Below the pieces are notes generated by a model. That model did not search any database, was not told the origin of the DNA, and saw nothing but the letters and a program-made list of their open reading frames with translations. Positions 24,549-38,559 of a stretch of DNA of 64,000 nucleotides are shown piece by piece. The translations under genes and the position numbers were made by a program. How positions within the stretch are numbered: position 1 is the first letter of the stretch; the number at the start of each line of letters is the position of its first letter. Where the stretch lies: positions 558,001 through 622,000 of the forward strand of contig CM075993.1 in the NCBI GenBank assembly GCA_038087875.1. Reading direction: 5' to 3'. The stretch comes from Malacoraja senta. Taxonomy: Eukaryota.

Positions 24549-27500
24549 GTGGGTGCTGTTGTGAAGCGTTACCTTTGGTTGCTCTTGTATCCCTCACAAG
24601 CATGAACATAGCTGAGGTCAATGGTCCCTGTAGTTTGGAACCACCTCCCTCAGTTTGAATCTTTGTGCTATGCTAACTGCAGATTTAGTTTCTTACCCCC
24701 ACTCCAAACCTGATGACTGTACTACCCCCTCAGTATCACAATGCATGTTGCCTCCTTTAGTCCCTCCACATTTGTAATTCAGTGGTGTGGATTTGACTGT
24801 ATCTATCTGTCCCCTTTGGCCCATACACATTTATAAATGTGCCAGGTTTCACTGGGCTCTACCAATGCAAACTAATATTGTGCATGTCAATTGTTGAAGA
24901 ATCTAATCTGTTCCCTGCATCTGAAACCGGCCGCAACCTGCACAATGCAGTAATTGAGGCCAAAGTCTGGAGTGGGAAGGAGTATGTCGGAGCCACATGT
25001 TATTTCTTTAGATCCCCAATGTATCCATACATAGGATGTAGGTAGCACTGAATGCTGTGTTGGTCAGGGTGCGTAAAGCTGACTTGATCCAGAAACAAAA
25101 CACTGCAGATGTTAGATATTAAATAAAACAGCAAAGGCTGGAAATGCTCAGCTAGTCAGGCAGCGCCTGTGGAAGACAATGAGAGCTTGCACTTAAGGCT
25201 GACCATTGTTGATATCGTGCAGTGAACAACATTCCAGCGAGACATCGTTCTTGTGTCATTTCAGCAAGCACTAAAAAGCACAGGTTAGTTGCGGTTAATT
25301 CCTGTTTGATGTCTCCTTGGGTTATTCAGGTTTCAGAGGTCCATGGGGAACAGCAGGGCCTGTGCTGTTCTACACGTACTGCACCAGTAGCCATTCTCCT
25401 TGCAAGTGGGAGAATGAGCTGAGGGAATGCAGGGAGGGGAAGGTTACTCGGCAGACAACTGTATCTCCAGGAGCAATTTGTGTACCTGTGCATCAATGTG
25501 AGCCTCCTCACTGAAATCTTACCAAATCTAAATTGGCATAGTCTTTCTTCTTTAAGAGGTGTTGATGATGTTACTGGGTGCTAACTTTCAATTAAAAACT
25601 CCTTACAGAAGTTTCTCACCACAGAAAGTGCTGCACACACTACAGTCATTCAAGAGAAGCAGACAGTCGTATATTGATGCTTTGCTTGCATTGGCTCCAT
25701 TAGGCTTTGCGAATCCTGCCCCCATTTGTGGGGCTTTCAGACTCCGCTCCGGTCACCACACGTTGAGATCGTCAAAAGCTACTTTCTTTAAGAGCTCAGT
25801 AATTCAAGAAAGCACGGAATGCTGAAAGTACCCATGAGGTGCGCAGGTGGCTGCGAATACGACTGTGCATTTGTAGCAGGCAATTAGGGGGCAAATGGTA
25901 TGTTGGCATTTAGCACAATTTATCACAAATAGATTTCAATAAAAATGTCTGTAACGCCTATTTTGCGTGCAATCCAGGCAAATCATCGCATACATGAGTA
26001 CAATCAAACCATACACAAATACAACAGGTAGTGCAAAGAAAAAAAAATCTAGAGTGCAAAATATATTACAATGCAGAGAAAGTGCAGATAAAAAAGTTCA
26101 AGGTCTACAATGAGGTAGATTGGGAGATCGGGACTATCTATATCCTTTTTTATTCTTTGACAACCTTCCTCATTCTTAACAATTCCACCAATGTTCATGT
26201 CACCTGTAAATTCACTAATCAGACCATCCACAAGCTGCTTTTCAGTAGGTCTGTACATTTTTCTCCTTGTATGTTTATCCAGTGTCCTCTTGATGGCCAC
26301 ATTTCTGGGATGAGAGACTAAAATAGCAAAGATTGGAGAGAATAGGCTGAGGAGAGTTCTGTTAGAAGTATATGAAATGATGAGGGCAGTGTGCAGTGGA
26401 TATGGATGCTGTTCTCTTTGGTGGCAGCATCAAGGATTAGTGGTCACAGCTGTCAAAAGACCTATTAAAGAAAAAAGGAAGCATCCAGCATGAGGTTGGA
26501 GTCTGCAATTCACTGCCTTACATGGGGGGGGATGGGGGGGGGGGGGGGGGGGGGGGAGGTAGGTTCCTTTGTGGCCATCAAAAGGGAATTGGGTAAATAT
26601 ACAGAAGAGAAAGATTTGCAAGCCCACAGATGAGAGGCTGCTAGGTGGAGCAAAAGATTTGCTCTGATAGTGGGCCAGCATGGACTCAATGGGCATAATA
26701 GTCTCCTGTGCAGTGACTATTCTATGATTCTGCATCCATAATCACAGATGGATAATCTTCCAGCAAAACTGGGGAGTGTGACACAAAGGGATAAAGTGGT
26801 TTAGCTGCAAGTATATGATTCGATCATGCATTTGGAAGGCTGCAGTGGGCTGAGTGAGTGTGGTACATGGAGGAGGCCCAGCAGAAGCTTGAGGCCCGGG
26901 TGGGAACGGTTTAGTGAATCAAAGCAACAAGCAACTGGAAGCTCGGAGTCACCTCTGAACAATAGACAATAGGTGCAGGAGTAGGCCATTTGGCCTCTCG
27001 AGCCAGCACCGCCATTCAATATGATCATGGCTCCTCAAAGCAGTCGCTTCATCTGCTTCTATTTATCTAATGTAGATTTTCTGACAGAGCTTCTGACCTG
27101 TAAAGTTAACTCTGTTTCCTTTCCACAAATGTTGCCTGGGCTGCTGAGTGTTTCCAGCAAACTATTGGGAGAAGATCTGTCTGAAAGTTACTAAATTCTT
27201 ACAGGGTTCAACTGGTAAAATGTTTACTTTGGCTGAAGAGCCTGGAACCAGAGATCACAACCTCATAAGAATAGGTACTTTAGGACTGAGATGAAAAATC
27301 TCTTCACACAGAGTCCAGTGAATCCTTGGAATTCTGAACTGTGGAGACCTAGTCACTGAGTTCATTCAGAACTGAGCTGACTAGATTTCAGGATGTTTAG
27401 TGAAGTAAGGGATATGGGAATAACGCAAGAAACAGGCATTGAGGTAAAACATGAGCCATGATGGTGATGTATGGCAAAGCAGGCTTGAGCAGCAGACAAG

Positions 27501-27577
27501 CAACATTTGCTGCTATTTCCATGTTATTTTTGATGAAACGGCAAATATAGAATGAGAATCTGGATAAATGCCACATG

Positions 27578-27960
27578 TACTGGAGTAACAGCGGGTCAGG
27601 CAGCACCTCTGGAGAACATGGTTAGGTGACGTTTTGGGTGGGGACACTTCTTCAGACTGATTGTGGTTTGGGGGGAGGGGGGGAATAAAGCTGGATGGGA
27701 GGAGGGGCAGGACAAAGCCTGGTTACTGATAGGTGGATACAGATGAGGGTTTCTTTGACTGGCAGATGTTTGGAGAAAGGCCAGAGGTGAAAAGATAAAA
27801 GTGTGAGATTAAGGATGGAAAAGTTGCAAATTGTGAAGCCGGAGGAAGTGGGGAGTAATGGGTGTGAATCCTGGTATGACACAGGGAAGAGGGTGGGGTG
27901 GAGAAGAAATGGGGAGGGGGGGGGGGGAAGGTTTGGTAAGTTACCTAAAAGTGGAGCTCA
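27578..27960 (-). mobile_element. Penelope pLTR / 3' UTR fragment
   Basis: pLTR motif plus a purine-rich extension; reverse complement resembles 45790-46215. Confidence 0.7.
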
Positions 27961-28388
27961 GTGTGCATGTTACCACAGGTTGATGACTTCATTGGAACCA
28001 GGCACACCTGATGTAAACAGGTCAGGCTGTTTATTAGTCCCAGGGTTGCAACATACCGGTGGGAGAGCAAGTTGATCTTACGTTAAGCTTCACCGTGGGT
28101 GAAAATGTGAACCTGGATAATTTGTGTGGGGAGGTTCATCACTGGTGACCCATCACAGCTAAGTTGAATTCTGCCCACATGCATGTTGGATGGTGATCAG
28201 GAGCTGGATGTGTGACTGAAACCTGTCTTGCTCATAGGTCAGGGTTGATGGAATAGGTTGTAATGCCTCAGCTGCTGCCTTGGCTGTGATATACTTGTGA
28301 AGCTGAGCGAAGAGATTTAACTCACGACCTCATAGTCTGTGCAGGTCACCGTCACACGGGATGGCAAATTCACCAAGTGAGTGCTGCG

Positions 28389-28770
28389 GTGTGTGTGTGT
28401 GCATGCGTGTGTGTGCATGAGTGTCTCGTGTGTAGACCATTCTCACTCTGTGTGTGTGTGTGTAGACCCTCCTGACTGTCGTGTGTAGACCATTCTCACT
28501 GTGTGTGTGTGTGTGTGTGAGTGCGTGTACCATCCTGACTGTCGTGTGTAGACCATTCTCACTGTGTGTGTGCATGCGTGTGTGTGCGTGAGTGTCTCGT
28601 GTGTAGACCATTCTCACTGTGTGTGTGTGTCTCGTGTGTAGACCCTCCTGACTGTGTGTGAGTGTGTGTGTGTCTCGTGTGTAGACCCTCCTGACTGTGT
28701 GTCGTGTGTAGACCATTCTCACTGTGTGTGAGTGTGAGTGTGTGCATGCGTGTGTGTGTGTGTAGACTCT
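28389..28770. repeat. GT-rich compound minisatellite
   Basis: Units gtgtagaccattctcact and gtgtagaccctcctgact alternate, separated by variable (GT)n. Confidence 0.92.
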
Positions 28771-29757
28771 CTTGACAGCATTATCATTGCTGGTTGGATA
28801 ATTCAAATCTTTCATAAGTTTTATGTATTGATAAAGGATACCTGATTCCAGATTAAATGTGAACTGTGCAGAAATGTTGAATCTTCTCCCTTTAACGTGA
28901 GAAATTTGACTCTAGGTTTTGTAAATTGAACAATTATATTGGGAGGCAGGCTGTGAGTGCCCTGTGTTTTCTCAGTAATTGTACCTTCAATTTTCCATTT
29001 AATTTAAGCAGTGTTTAAATGAGTTTCACACCATATCTGGCGAGCTGCTGATCAGACTGTCGAGCTTGGTCTTTCCTCCTGTCATACATGGGAGAGCTGT
29101 GAAAACCTGATGGAACTTGAAATTGTGTGTGGTATTCATCAGTATTAAATTAAACAGTGTTGCAGGCACGGCACTGTAAAAGTCATGATACTGAATGAAA
29201 TAATGGCTATGTGTCCATCAGGGTTATGGTTTGTGGATTGTGCCGCTCTGATGGGTGTACACTCCACCCAGCACCGTGCACTTTCACTACACATCTCCCC
29301 CCTCCCTGACAACCCCCTCACGCTGGGTCACGTGCCGACAGGTGCTGGTCGCTCACATCGTGTTGCCTCGCTCCGTTCCCTAGGGCTGACCATGCAGGCT
29401 GTTGGTGGACGCTTGCATCCCTTGGAGCACACAGTTTAGGCCCAAACCAAGAGAATACTTTCCTCGTGTCCAGTAGCATGTACAGGCGAAGATCTCTAAT
29501 ATGGAGATTTTCATTGATGAACATTAGTCCAGGGCCCCAGGGAGAAAGCATTCGTTCTTCAAAACCTTAAGCAGTCGAAACTGGTAGAATTAGTTGTCCT
29601 GCTAAACTCAGTGACAGTGTTACATCCGGTGTATCAGTATGAAATAACAATTCATGGTTACTGAATTCAGATTTTAAAGTGTTCCATGCCCTACATTAAT
29701 GAATATATGCTTACGCCTGAGGCAGTAAGTTGAGGATTCAAATGGATCAGATATGAT

Positions 29758-29850
29758 CTGAAGAAGGGTTTCGGCCTGAAATGTTGCCTATTTCCTTCGC
29801 TCCATAGATGCTGCTGCACCCGCTGAGTTTCTCCAGCATTTTTGTGTACC
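29758..29850 (+). mobile_element. Short Penelope pLTR fragment (same subfamily as 61203-62541), starting exactly at the hammerhead core
   Basis: ctgaagaagggtttcggcctgaaatgttgcctatttccttcgctccatagatgctgc... Perfect 11-bp TSD tcagatatgat at 29747-29757 and 29851-29861. Confidence 0.88.
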
Positions 29851-31679
29851 TCAGATATGATTCTTCATTTGTCCTCTTGTGTGTGTAAAAGATCCATTAA
29901 CAATTTGAAGAACAGAGGAATTCAGGTTGTCCCAGTTCGATATTTATTCCTCAAAGGAGATCACTTTACCCAGTTATTATTTCATAGTTTCTCCGAGATG
30001 TGCACAAATTGTTTTTCCAGATTACAAGAGTGATTCCTTTTAAAAATTATTTGATTAGTTGTGAAATGTCTCGTGATGCAGTTGTAAAAAGTGTTGTGGA
30101 AATGTAGGTTTTATTGTTACTTATGTTATTTCCTTCACTAATGATCAATTCATTTTTTCAGTGCCAAATTTGATAGGAGTGTATGTTATTTGGAGGAGAT
30201 TAAGTTTGGCACAATGTGTAAGGTAAACCTGATTCTATTCAGTTTATTAAAGTGTTGCAGTGGTTTCATGTTGCAATTTGGTGTCCCTGATGGCCGTTGT
30301 TGGTAGACTCAAGTATGGCCTACTTGTGTTTGATAATCAGTGTCTTAAGGACTGCATACGAAACATGTCTGTAAATATTTACCGTAGTTTACCATGTATA
30401 CAAGAAATGTTGCAAAGTACAATCAATGTCATGCAGGCAAATGGGGGGCCATTTTACACACAGGGTACCACAAATAAAAGTGAGATAAAAGGGTGCTGTG
30501 TTTGTAATTAGAGATGTTGACCGGCCCGCCTGAAGAATTCTCTGTTCTACTTCAACTACCACTGATTTTTTTCATATCTAACTAAAACAAAAGAGCAAAC
30601 AACTGGTATCCCACAATCTGGCACTGCTTTGGTTTCACACAGAAATATTTGCATTCTTGCTTTACATTTCTTTAATGGTGCAGAATAAGAATTGTTGTAC
30701 AACATTTGTCACATTTAATTCAAAAAAAGGTTGCAGGTTGTTATTGTGTGGAGGATCTGTATGAAGAACCACCACATAGAATACCAAGTAAGACTCTAAG
30801 CCATACAGTGCAGGTCGTGGTTGCAGTCCAGAATGTTCAGGATGCCTGATCCTGAGCACAATCCTCAAGTCTCTTGCAGGAAAATTGCACAACATGGATA
30901 GACATGATTGGGTTCAGTTGTTGATCTACAGTCAGGCTCCATTTAGAGTAACTATGTTCAGATCTGGCTGGATATATGCAGCAGAGATTCAGCTCAATCA
31001 TATCAGCGCTGAAAGGGTCATGCTTAGTGGAGAGGTTGTGCACCCTACACATTTGTTCCTTTGAATGTAGAGAAGTAGGGGATATCTAATTGGGGTTTTG
31101 AAGACAACTAAAGGAATAGATTGAATGGGTAGAAAACACAATTCCTCCACTGAGGAAAGAGCCAGAAATTAGAACTAGGCTGTGCAGAAATACTCCGTGT
31201 GAGTCCAGAGCCCAGAGCCACTGTTTGCAGTAAATTGTATATTTAAAGCTGATTTGATCGAGTGAGTGTTGTTGGATAATGGTATGCAGGATTATAGAGA
31301 AACCAGGAGGTGGATGGAGTTAAGACACGGATCAGCTGCGATCCAGATTGAAGGGCAAAACAGGCTTGAGGGCAGAATGGCTGCTCCCTGTTCTCTGGTC
31401 AGCTGTGATACTGCAAGCTTGAATAACGTGCTGCCAGTCCACATGCCACAATGAAGAGCGGCCACCTGGATCACACACCCGAAGGTGGACCTCTTGAGCA
31501 GAGCTCGCCAGCGAGAGGTAGCAGCTTGGGAAGGTGAAGGGAAACAAGGAAAGTGTTGTGCAAATGCTTGCTATTGGTGTGGCTGTTTGTGATCAATGTC
31601 ATTGATTTATTGTCTTACACTGAGGTATTTTGTATATCCGTATATGATTAGAATCAATATGAAACAGGAGTCCATGAGG

Positions 31680-32150
31680 TAATGCTAAGAGAAAGCAAAC
31701 AAAGTACAGAATACAGTGTTACAGCTGCAGAGAAAATGCAGATTAGAAAGTGCAAGGATGACAATGGGGTAGCTTGGAGGATGTGGGGTGTGGGGAATAC
31801 ATGCTTTGTTTGAGAGAGGGACATTGAGGTGTATGGAAAAAAGCTGTTCTTGAATCTTTCAAGCTGTTGTATCTTCTGTCTGACATGGGGAGGGGAGAAG
31901 AGGTAATGACCTGGGTGTGAGTGGTCCTTGATTATGTTGGCTGCTTTCCCAAGGCAGCGTGGTGTAGATGGAGTTGATGGTGGGGGTTGAAGTACTGGGC
32001 TGTGTCCATTTTCTTGTGATGCTGAGCTGTTGCCAAACCAGGCTGTGATGCAAACTGATAAGATGCATCAGTAGAAGTTGGTAAGAGTGAGACTGGACAA
32101 ACTTCCTTAGTCTTCGGAGGAAGTCGAAGTGTTGGTGTGCTTTCTTGGCC
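31680..32150 (-). mobile_element. Degenerate Rex1/Babar-like LINE 3' fragment
   Basis: Reverse complement resembles the RLYFLRRL.KF...NFY.C...S.CIT.W.GN-type coding pattern also seen at 54600-54820. Confidence 0.55.
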
Positions 32151-32583
32151 TTAGTGTCGTGCGATGGTCCTGCCAGAATGTTGATGAGCCCAGAGTCACT
32201 GACCCATCAGCTCTTCGAACAACTTATCACCCACAGTGTATCTTAATTACTGACAGCACTGCTTCCACTGTGTCAATGGGACATGATGTTCTGTTGCCTG
32301 GTAACCAAAGAGATAAAGAATGAACGAGCGTTAAAGATGAGGCATCCCAGTAACTGTCACCTGTTCCTACATTAGTGAACTCTGCTTTACAAGTGACAAT
32401 CTCACGCTGGTTCTTGCATTACAGCATCCCTTATTTTGGCTTCTAAATTACAGAAATTCTCACAGTAATTCTGCATGACATTAATGTAACTCTTACTACA
32501 ACTGTGTTACATTGATCCACCTTAAATGACTTTGCTACATTAGTTACTACATTTCAGTAATCCTTATTGTAATACTGGTTGCT

Positions 32584-32872
32584 TTAGACTTTAGAGATAC
32601 AGAGTGGTAACAGGCCCTTCGGCCCACCGAGTCTGTGCTGACTAGCGATCACTCCATACACTAACACTACCCTACCACTACTACTATGGACAATTTTACC
32701 AAAGCCAATTAATCTATAAACCTGTACGTCTTTGGAGTGTGGAAGAAACCAGAGCACCTGGAGAAAACCCACATGGTCACAGGGAGAACGTACAAACTCT
32801 ACAGACAGCACCCGTAGTCAGGATCGAACCTGGGTCTCTGGTGCTATAAGGCAGTAACTCTACCACTCTGCC
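32584..32872 (-). mobile_element. HE1/V-SINE-like SINE
   Basis: Reverse complement has B box ggttcgatcc, the V-domain core and the tail gggccgaagggcctgtt...ctgtatctctaaagtctaa. Confidence 0.9.
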
Positions 32873-35335
32873 TTTGCTCTTATGCACTAACATTACAGTA
32901 ATTCTGTATTAAACTGATTGCTACGTTACTGCACACTAATACCTCACTTCATGCACAGGATGTATTCCCAGGAACAAGAGGGCTAATGGAAGCAACACAA
33001 GGTGGAACATACAGAGAAACGTGTTACTGACAGCACAGCTGTACTGGGACCTGGCATGAACTAGCAGTGAATTGCCCATGCAGGCAGCCCTGGGCAGTTT
33101 GTTATCGGGGGAGCACTGGTGGGGCATTTGCAGGAGGTTTCTGGTACAGCAGTGTGCAGCAACAGGGAGCATGGGCACTGTGCCAGGTTCTCAGCACCCA
33201 TTCAGCATGCAATCCAACTGGGAGCCTTTTCTAAAGTACAGGGTCTCTGTGCCTCTAGGTATTCAGAATGGAGAACCAAGAATACTCTCAGAAATCTGCA
33301 CTTGGCATATTAGCACGGTCCAAGTATGGTTGAATTACATTGGTTATTATATTATAACTGTGACGGTACTTTAATAAGTACCTCACTGGCTGTAAAGGAC
33401 TTTGAGATATCCTGATATTGCAGCGTGTTTTGAACATCTTATTCCAATCCAACTCTATTGGTTTTCTCTGCTCCGTCCCAGAGGGGATATCTTCACATGT
33501 ATACTGAACGTACAAAACTTTTGCCCTCTCCCTCAATGTCTGCTGCCTTGAAGCCTGTATCACCGCTCACTTCACAATCCCACCCGTTTCATGTCATTGA
33601 TAAACTTGTGTCCTTTTCCTTCATCCTAATTATTGTACGTTATAAATAGCTGGGGCACAGCCATCCGTGCAGTACCCCACTAGTGATGTCCTCTCTCAAA
33701 TCCATTTCCTCCTCCTCTGTTCCCTGCCTGCCACCCAGTCCACACCAGTGTATCACTCAGTGCTGAGCATTTTAATTTCACACACTAATCTTTCATGTGG
33801 CTGCTTATCAAAAGCTTTCTGAAAATGTAAGCGGACCACATTGACTGTTTTTCCTTATCTATTCTCCCAGTTACATTCTCTGAACTGCTTCCAACATATT
33901 AACATTCTTCCTTGAATGAGGAGACCAACCCTCTGCATACAACTCCAGATGTGGGCTCACCAATGCCCTCTATAACGAAAGCCAAACCTGCTCACTTTTG
34001 AATTCAATTCTCCTGGCAATTAATGATAACATGCTGTTAGATTTCCTAATTACTTGCTTTACTTGCTCGCTAACCTTTTGCAGATCATGCATCAGGACAC
34101 CCAGTTCCCATTTGCATCAGAACTCAGTAATCCCATGTCATTTGGAAAATATGCTTTTTTATTTTGTTTTATGACAAATTTTACATTTTTGCATATTATG
34201 CTCCATTGGAAGTTTTTTATCCATACCTTTACCGCTCTATATATTTTTATAGCCTCCTTATTTCCTCATCATAACGTATTTTTCTTTGTATCAAGAACAG
34301 ATTGATCAACCATACCTTTGGTGCCATTATATGTTATGAAATGTTGAGGCCCCAGCACTCTCACTTCACCTTGGCGACCAGAAAAGGGCCATTTATGCCC
34401 ATCTGTTTTCTTCATGCCAGCATGTTGTTCCTTAGCTTTTATTATCTGCAACAAGCTTTAATGCAACACCTCGATAAATGGCTTCCGGAAATCTAAGTCG
34501 AGTACATTCACTAGTTTCCCTTTATTCATTACACCAGGAACTCCATAAACTAGTCCAACATGATTTTTTTACTTTAACATCTTTAATATCATGTTCCAAA
34601 ATTCTCCTCCGACAGTTAGCAACTCATCTTCCCGACAATTAAGGGTGGAACGGTCCTGCTAAATGGTGTTTAATTAAACTTAAAGATTGATCGCCAATAA
34701 TTTTGTTTAATTTCTTAAATTTTGTATTGAGATTATCATTATATCTGAAACTGCTGTCTGCAGTGCAAATACTTACCTATACCTATGCACAACATGTTTG
34801 GGAAGCAATAGCCTACAACTGTATCACTGGGCATATTGTCAAAGTCCCAGTTGCTAAACCCTCTCTCAGTTATTGTAAGATAGGAATTAGTGTTACATTG
34901 AGTGACCATATCCCTACCTTCATACAGAAACATTAGTGTGCTGTGACCTGTATCACCTTCTTGACCAGCATAACCTCTCTCCTGCTCTCTGCCGTCGTGG
35001 ATGTTTCACTGATGGAGCCGTTTGGGCAAAAGTAATTGAATCTGTATTTTTAGAGTCCAGACCTTTATCTAACATTTCCATCCTGTACTGTAATCTCAAA
35101 ATGTCAGCCGGAATAATTGTTTAAGTGAATGAAATGATCTTTATACAGCTAGCTGCCCATTATTTTGTGTATAAAGCAAAGTATATGCAGAAACTATAAT
35201 TCAATCTCTGCTACAACTCCTGCAGTTTGTGATGTCGTCCGAACGGCTAGATTGAATTAGTGCCTTGTAAAAGTAGCAGCCGGACGATACCTCATGTTTA
35301 TTCATTAACAACACACTACTCCATGGTACTGAACC

Positions 35336-35525
35336 GCACACATGCACACAGTCTCACACAGCATCCACAAACACACCCACACACCTATACACACTATCTA
35401 CAAACGCACATCTATGCAAACGTCCACTTGCACACACACACGCACACACTCAATTTCACACACCATCTACAAACACACAGACACATACTCAATCTCACAC
35501 ACCATCTACAAACACACACACACAC
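35336..35525. repeat. (CA)-rich degenerate minisatellite
   Basis: Recurring cacacaccatctacaaacacac units. Confidence 0.85.
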
Positions 35526-38500
35526 CAACTATTCCTCCCCTTCCACAAATGCTGCCTAACCCCCTGAGTTCCTCCAGCAGTTTGCTTTTTGCTCCAGGTT
35601 CCAGCATCTGCAGTCTCCTGTGCCCACAAATTGTAGCATGTTTAATTGTAACCCACTATGGATCACATAATAAGCATGACTGGGAATTGGATCTGGGATT
35701 TATGCTGTGAATGGTTTAGTCACACATTGCTAACACAAGCTCTTACATTTGAACAGTAAATTCTCCCAGTGATTATCTATAACTGTCAAGCTCTTGGTGA
35801 CCCTTCAGCATGTTAGTGGCATTCTTAATGATGCAATTATGAACCACTCCTGTCATTTGTCTCTTACTGTTGTTGAATAATGGAATTAGTACATTTTTAC
35901 TGCCAAATGCAGCGCAGTCGTGTATGATATTGAGATGTGCGCATGGATTTACGCATATGCATTTGAGCTGCTTGTGTGGTGATGTTTTGTGTGTTTGCTT
36001 ACATCCTCACTCAGCAGTCTGCAGAGCGCATTTGTGTGTGAGTGAGAGTGGTGAGCCCTGCATGTCTTCACAGTCACGAGGTGGAGTTGCTGGTGAAATG
36101 TATGTGTGCTGAAGTCCACTTCTCTCAGATGCCTACAGGTACCCTCAATGCCAGCGATCAGCCTCCATAACTGCATTAAACCCATTTATGTATTCTCTCC
36201 ATATTCCCATTAATTCCCCTCTATTCTGCCTCATACTTACACAGCAGTCGGTTTACTGTGCTCAGTTAACCTAGCAAACTGCATATATTTGAACGCAGGA
36301 ATAAACCAGGGCACAGGGAGGAAACCCATGAGACCTCAGGGAAAATATGCAAAGCATGTTGCCAGCCCTCCAGGTCAGAATTTAACGGTGGTCTCGTGCT
36401 GGGAGCAGCAGCTCTACCAGTTGCGCCACTGTGCCACCATTGTGCAGTGATTGCCAAGCATGAGGTCCGTGCATGTATGCGTGTGTGCACATGTGCCCTT
36501 GGGCAAGCATCATTGAACCATTGCTGAGCATAGTATGAGCGTGAGTAGGAACAAGTCGAGTTCAACACCTCGCACAGTTTGAGGTGTACAGACGAGACGA
36601 CCATCTGAGGTCATTCTCTCAACTTGGAAAGAGGATTGCAGCCAGTCACATTTCACAGCAGTGGAACAATGAAACGTTTCCAACCATTTCCTTTCAACTG
36701 TGAACTGTGAAAAGCTTCAGCATCAGAAATACAGAATCTGGTAATCTAGATGAGATTGCTTTACATTCTTGAATCAGCTTCCCGACAATTAGTCGGGTGT
36801 ACTTGAATCACTGCCGGTTTAACGTGCTTTGCGAAAGTTGGAGGGGGTGAAATCGTGTGGGATTCTGGCAGCCACAGTTGCAGGAATGGGTTATGACTAA
36901 CCCTAACCCTAACCCAAATGTACGGTGCGTCACAGAGTGGGTGAGGTCAGTGTCAGAACAAAAAACAAAAATAAAGTAAAAATCCAGTGGATGCTGGAAA
37001 TATAGAATAGAAAACGTTGGAAATACTCAGCACATCAGGTACTGTCTCTGATGAGAAAAGCATTCCTCTTCCATGAGCTTCCAACAGAATAGGAAATGTT
37101 CAGAGAAGTAACAGGTTTAGCAGGTTTTAAACAAGTACAGAGGCTGGGAAAGGGTGAGAATAAAGAACACACAAAAGAGCCACATACTCATAAACAACAG
37201 CCAACACACGCTTCTGCCATTAAAAGTACATGTGACCAAGCACCTGAATTAGCAGCAGCAGCATGCCGCCCCACCCCTCTGGCCCTGCCTGGCCTTCCCA
37301 TCTTCCACAACCTGTCTGTGAGTAAAACACAAAGTGCTGAAGTAACTCAGGAGGACAGGCACCATCTGTGGAGGGAACGGACAGGTGACCGCTTGGGTCA
37401 AGACTCTTCTTTGACTCTGGAAATGGGCAAGGTAGCAGAACTTCCTGTACTTTTGTATTCCAATCTCCCACAATAAAACAGACATTTTGTTAATTTGTCA
37501 AATTACCAGATAATCAATAGATGGTGTCCTGATGCAGGGACTCAGCCCAAAATGTGAACTATCCCCTTGCCTCCATAGATGCTGCTTGACTCACTGAGTC
37601 AGTTTATTATTGGTAGGCACAAGGAACCGCAGATGCTTGTTTACTAAAAAAGACAAAGTGCTGGATGAACACAGCAGGGGTAGAAGTGAGAAGGATAAGG
37701 GTTGGAGTGAAAGGGAGAGAAGGGTTAGAAGGAGAGGGGATGGGGGTGAGAGGGAGCAGGGGATGGGAGGGGGGAGAGTGAGTAAGGGGTAGGTGTGAGT
37801 GGGGATGCGGATGAGAGTGGGAAGGGGTTAGGAGTGAGAGGGGCTCCTGCCACCCACCCACACACAGTAACCACCCCCCCCCCCCCCCACTGCAAATGCG
37901 GAGCCCCGAGTCCCCTCTGTTTTCTGCATTGTTGGCTCCATTGCAACCTGGGCTGTAGTGGGCGAGCCAGTGGGAAGCGGAGTCCCCGGGGTATTGGGTG
38001 TAACAGGTCCCGGTGAAACGTATCTTGTCAGGAGCCCGGGTCCCGGCATCGCACCACTTGGGGAAGCAGCCTCACTCACACTGAAGGAAGGATTTCCGTT
38101 CGGTGCCAGGCTCCACAAGGTGTCTAATATGTTGCTGATTAATTCCCCCCGGAGCTCCCAGCGCAGAAACATTCAAATCCTGGAGTGTGTCTTTTAGAAG
38201 TAATTTGTGTGCAGACATGAAACTACCTCTCGCCTCGCTGGTCTGTTTTGTAAGGTTGCCGGGAATATGCGGAGTGGATTTATCCACACGATACGATGTC
38301 ACTGCTACTGAAAGACGAAAGGCAGAGCAGCTCCCAGGCTGGAGAGGTTTACTGTGACCCGCATAGCAGTGGTGGAGATGCCCTGAGGAAATCTGTCATG
38401 GATACTGTCAGGTTGGGGTTGGTATTGTATCATGGAAGACGCGGAGTGGAGAATGTCTTGTTCTGGAACTGGAATTGCAGCAAAAATAGCTTAATGAAAA

Positions 38501-38559
38501 ACATTCTACAAAGCAATTCTGATGCTGAGGTCATTACGATCCTGTGATGATAAAGTTCA

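Noticed and set aside
28389-28770. CRISPR-like repeat/spacer appearance
   Set aside because: The spacers are just (GT)n, the context is a vertebrate intron and there are no cas genes; it is a minisatellite.
36898-36915. (TAACCC)3 telomere-like repeat (a similar one at ~15728-15743)
   Set aside because: Only about three units; too short to claim an interstitial telomere or a fusion site.
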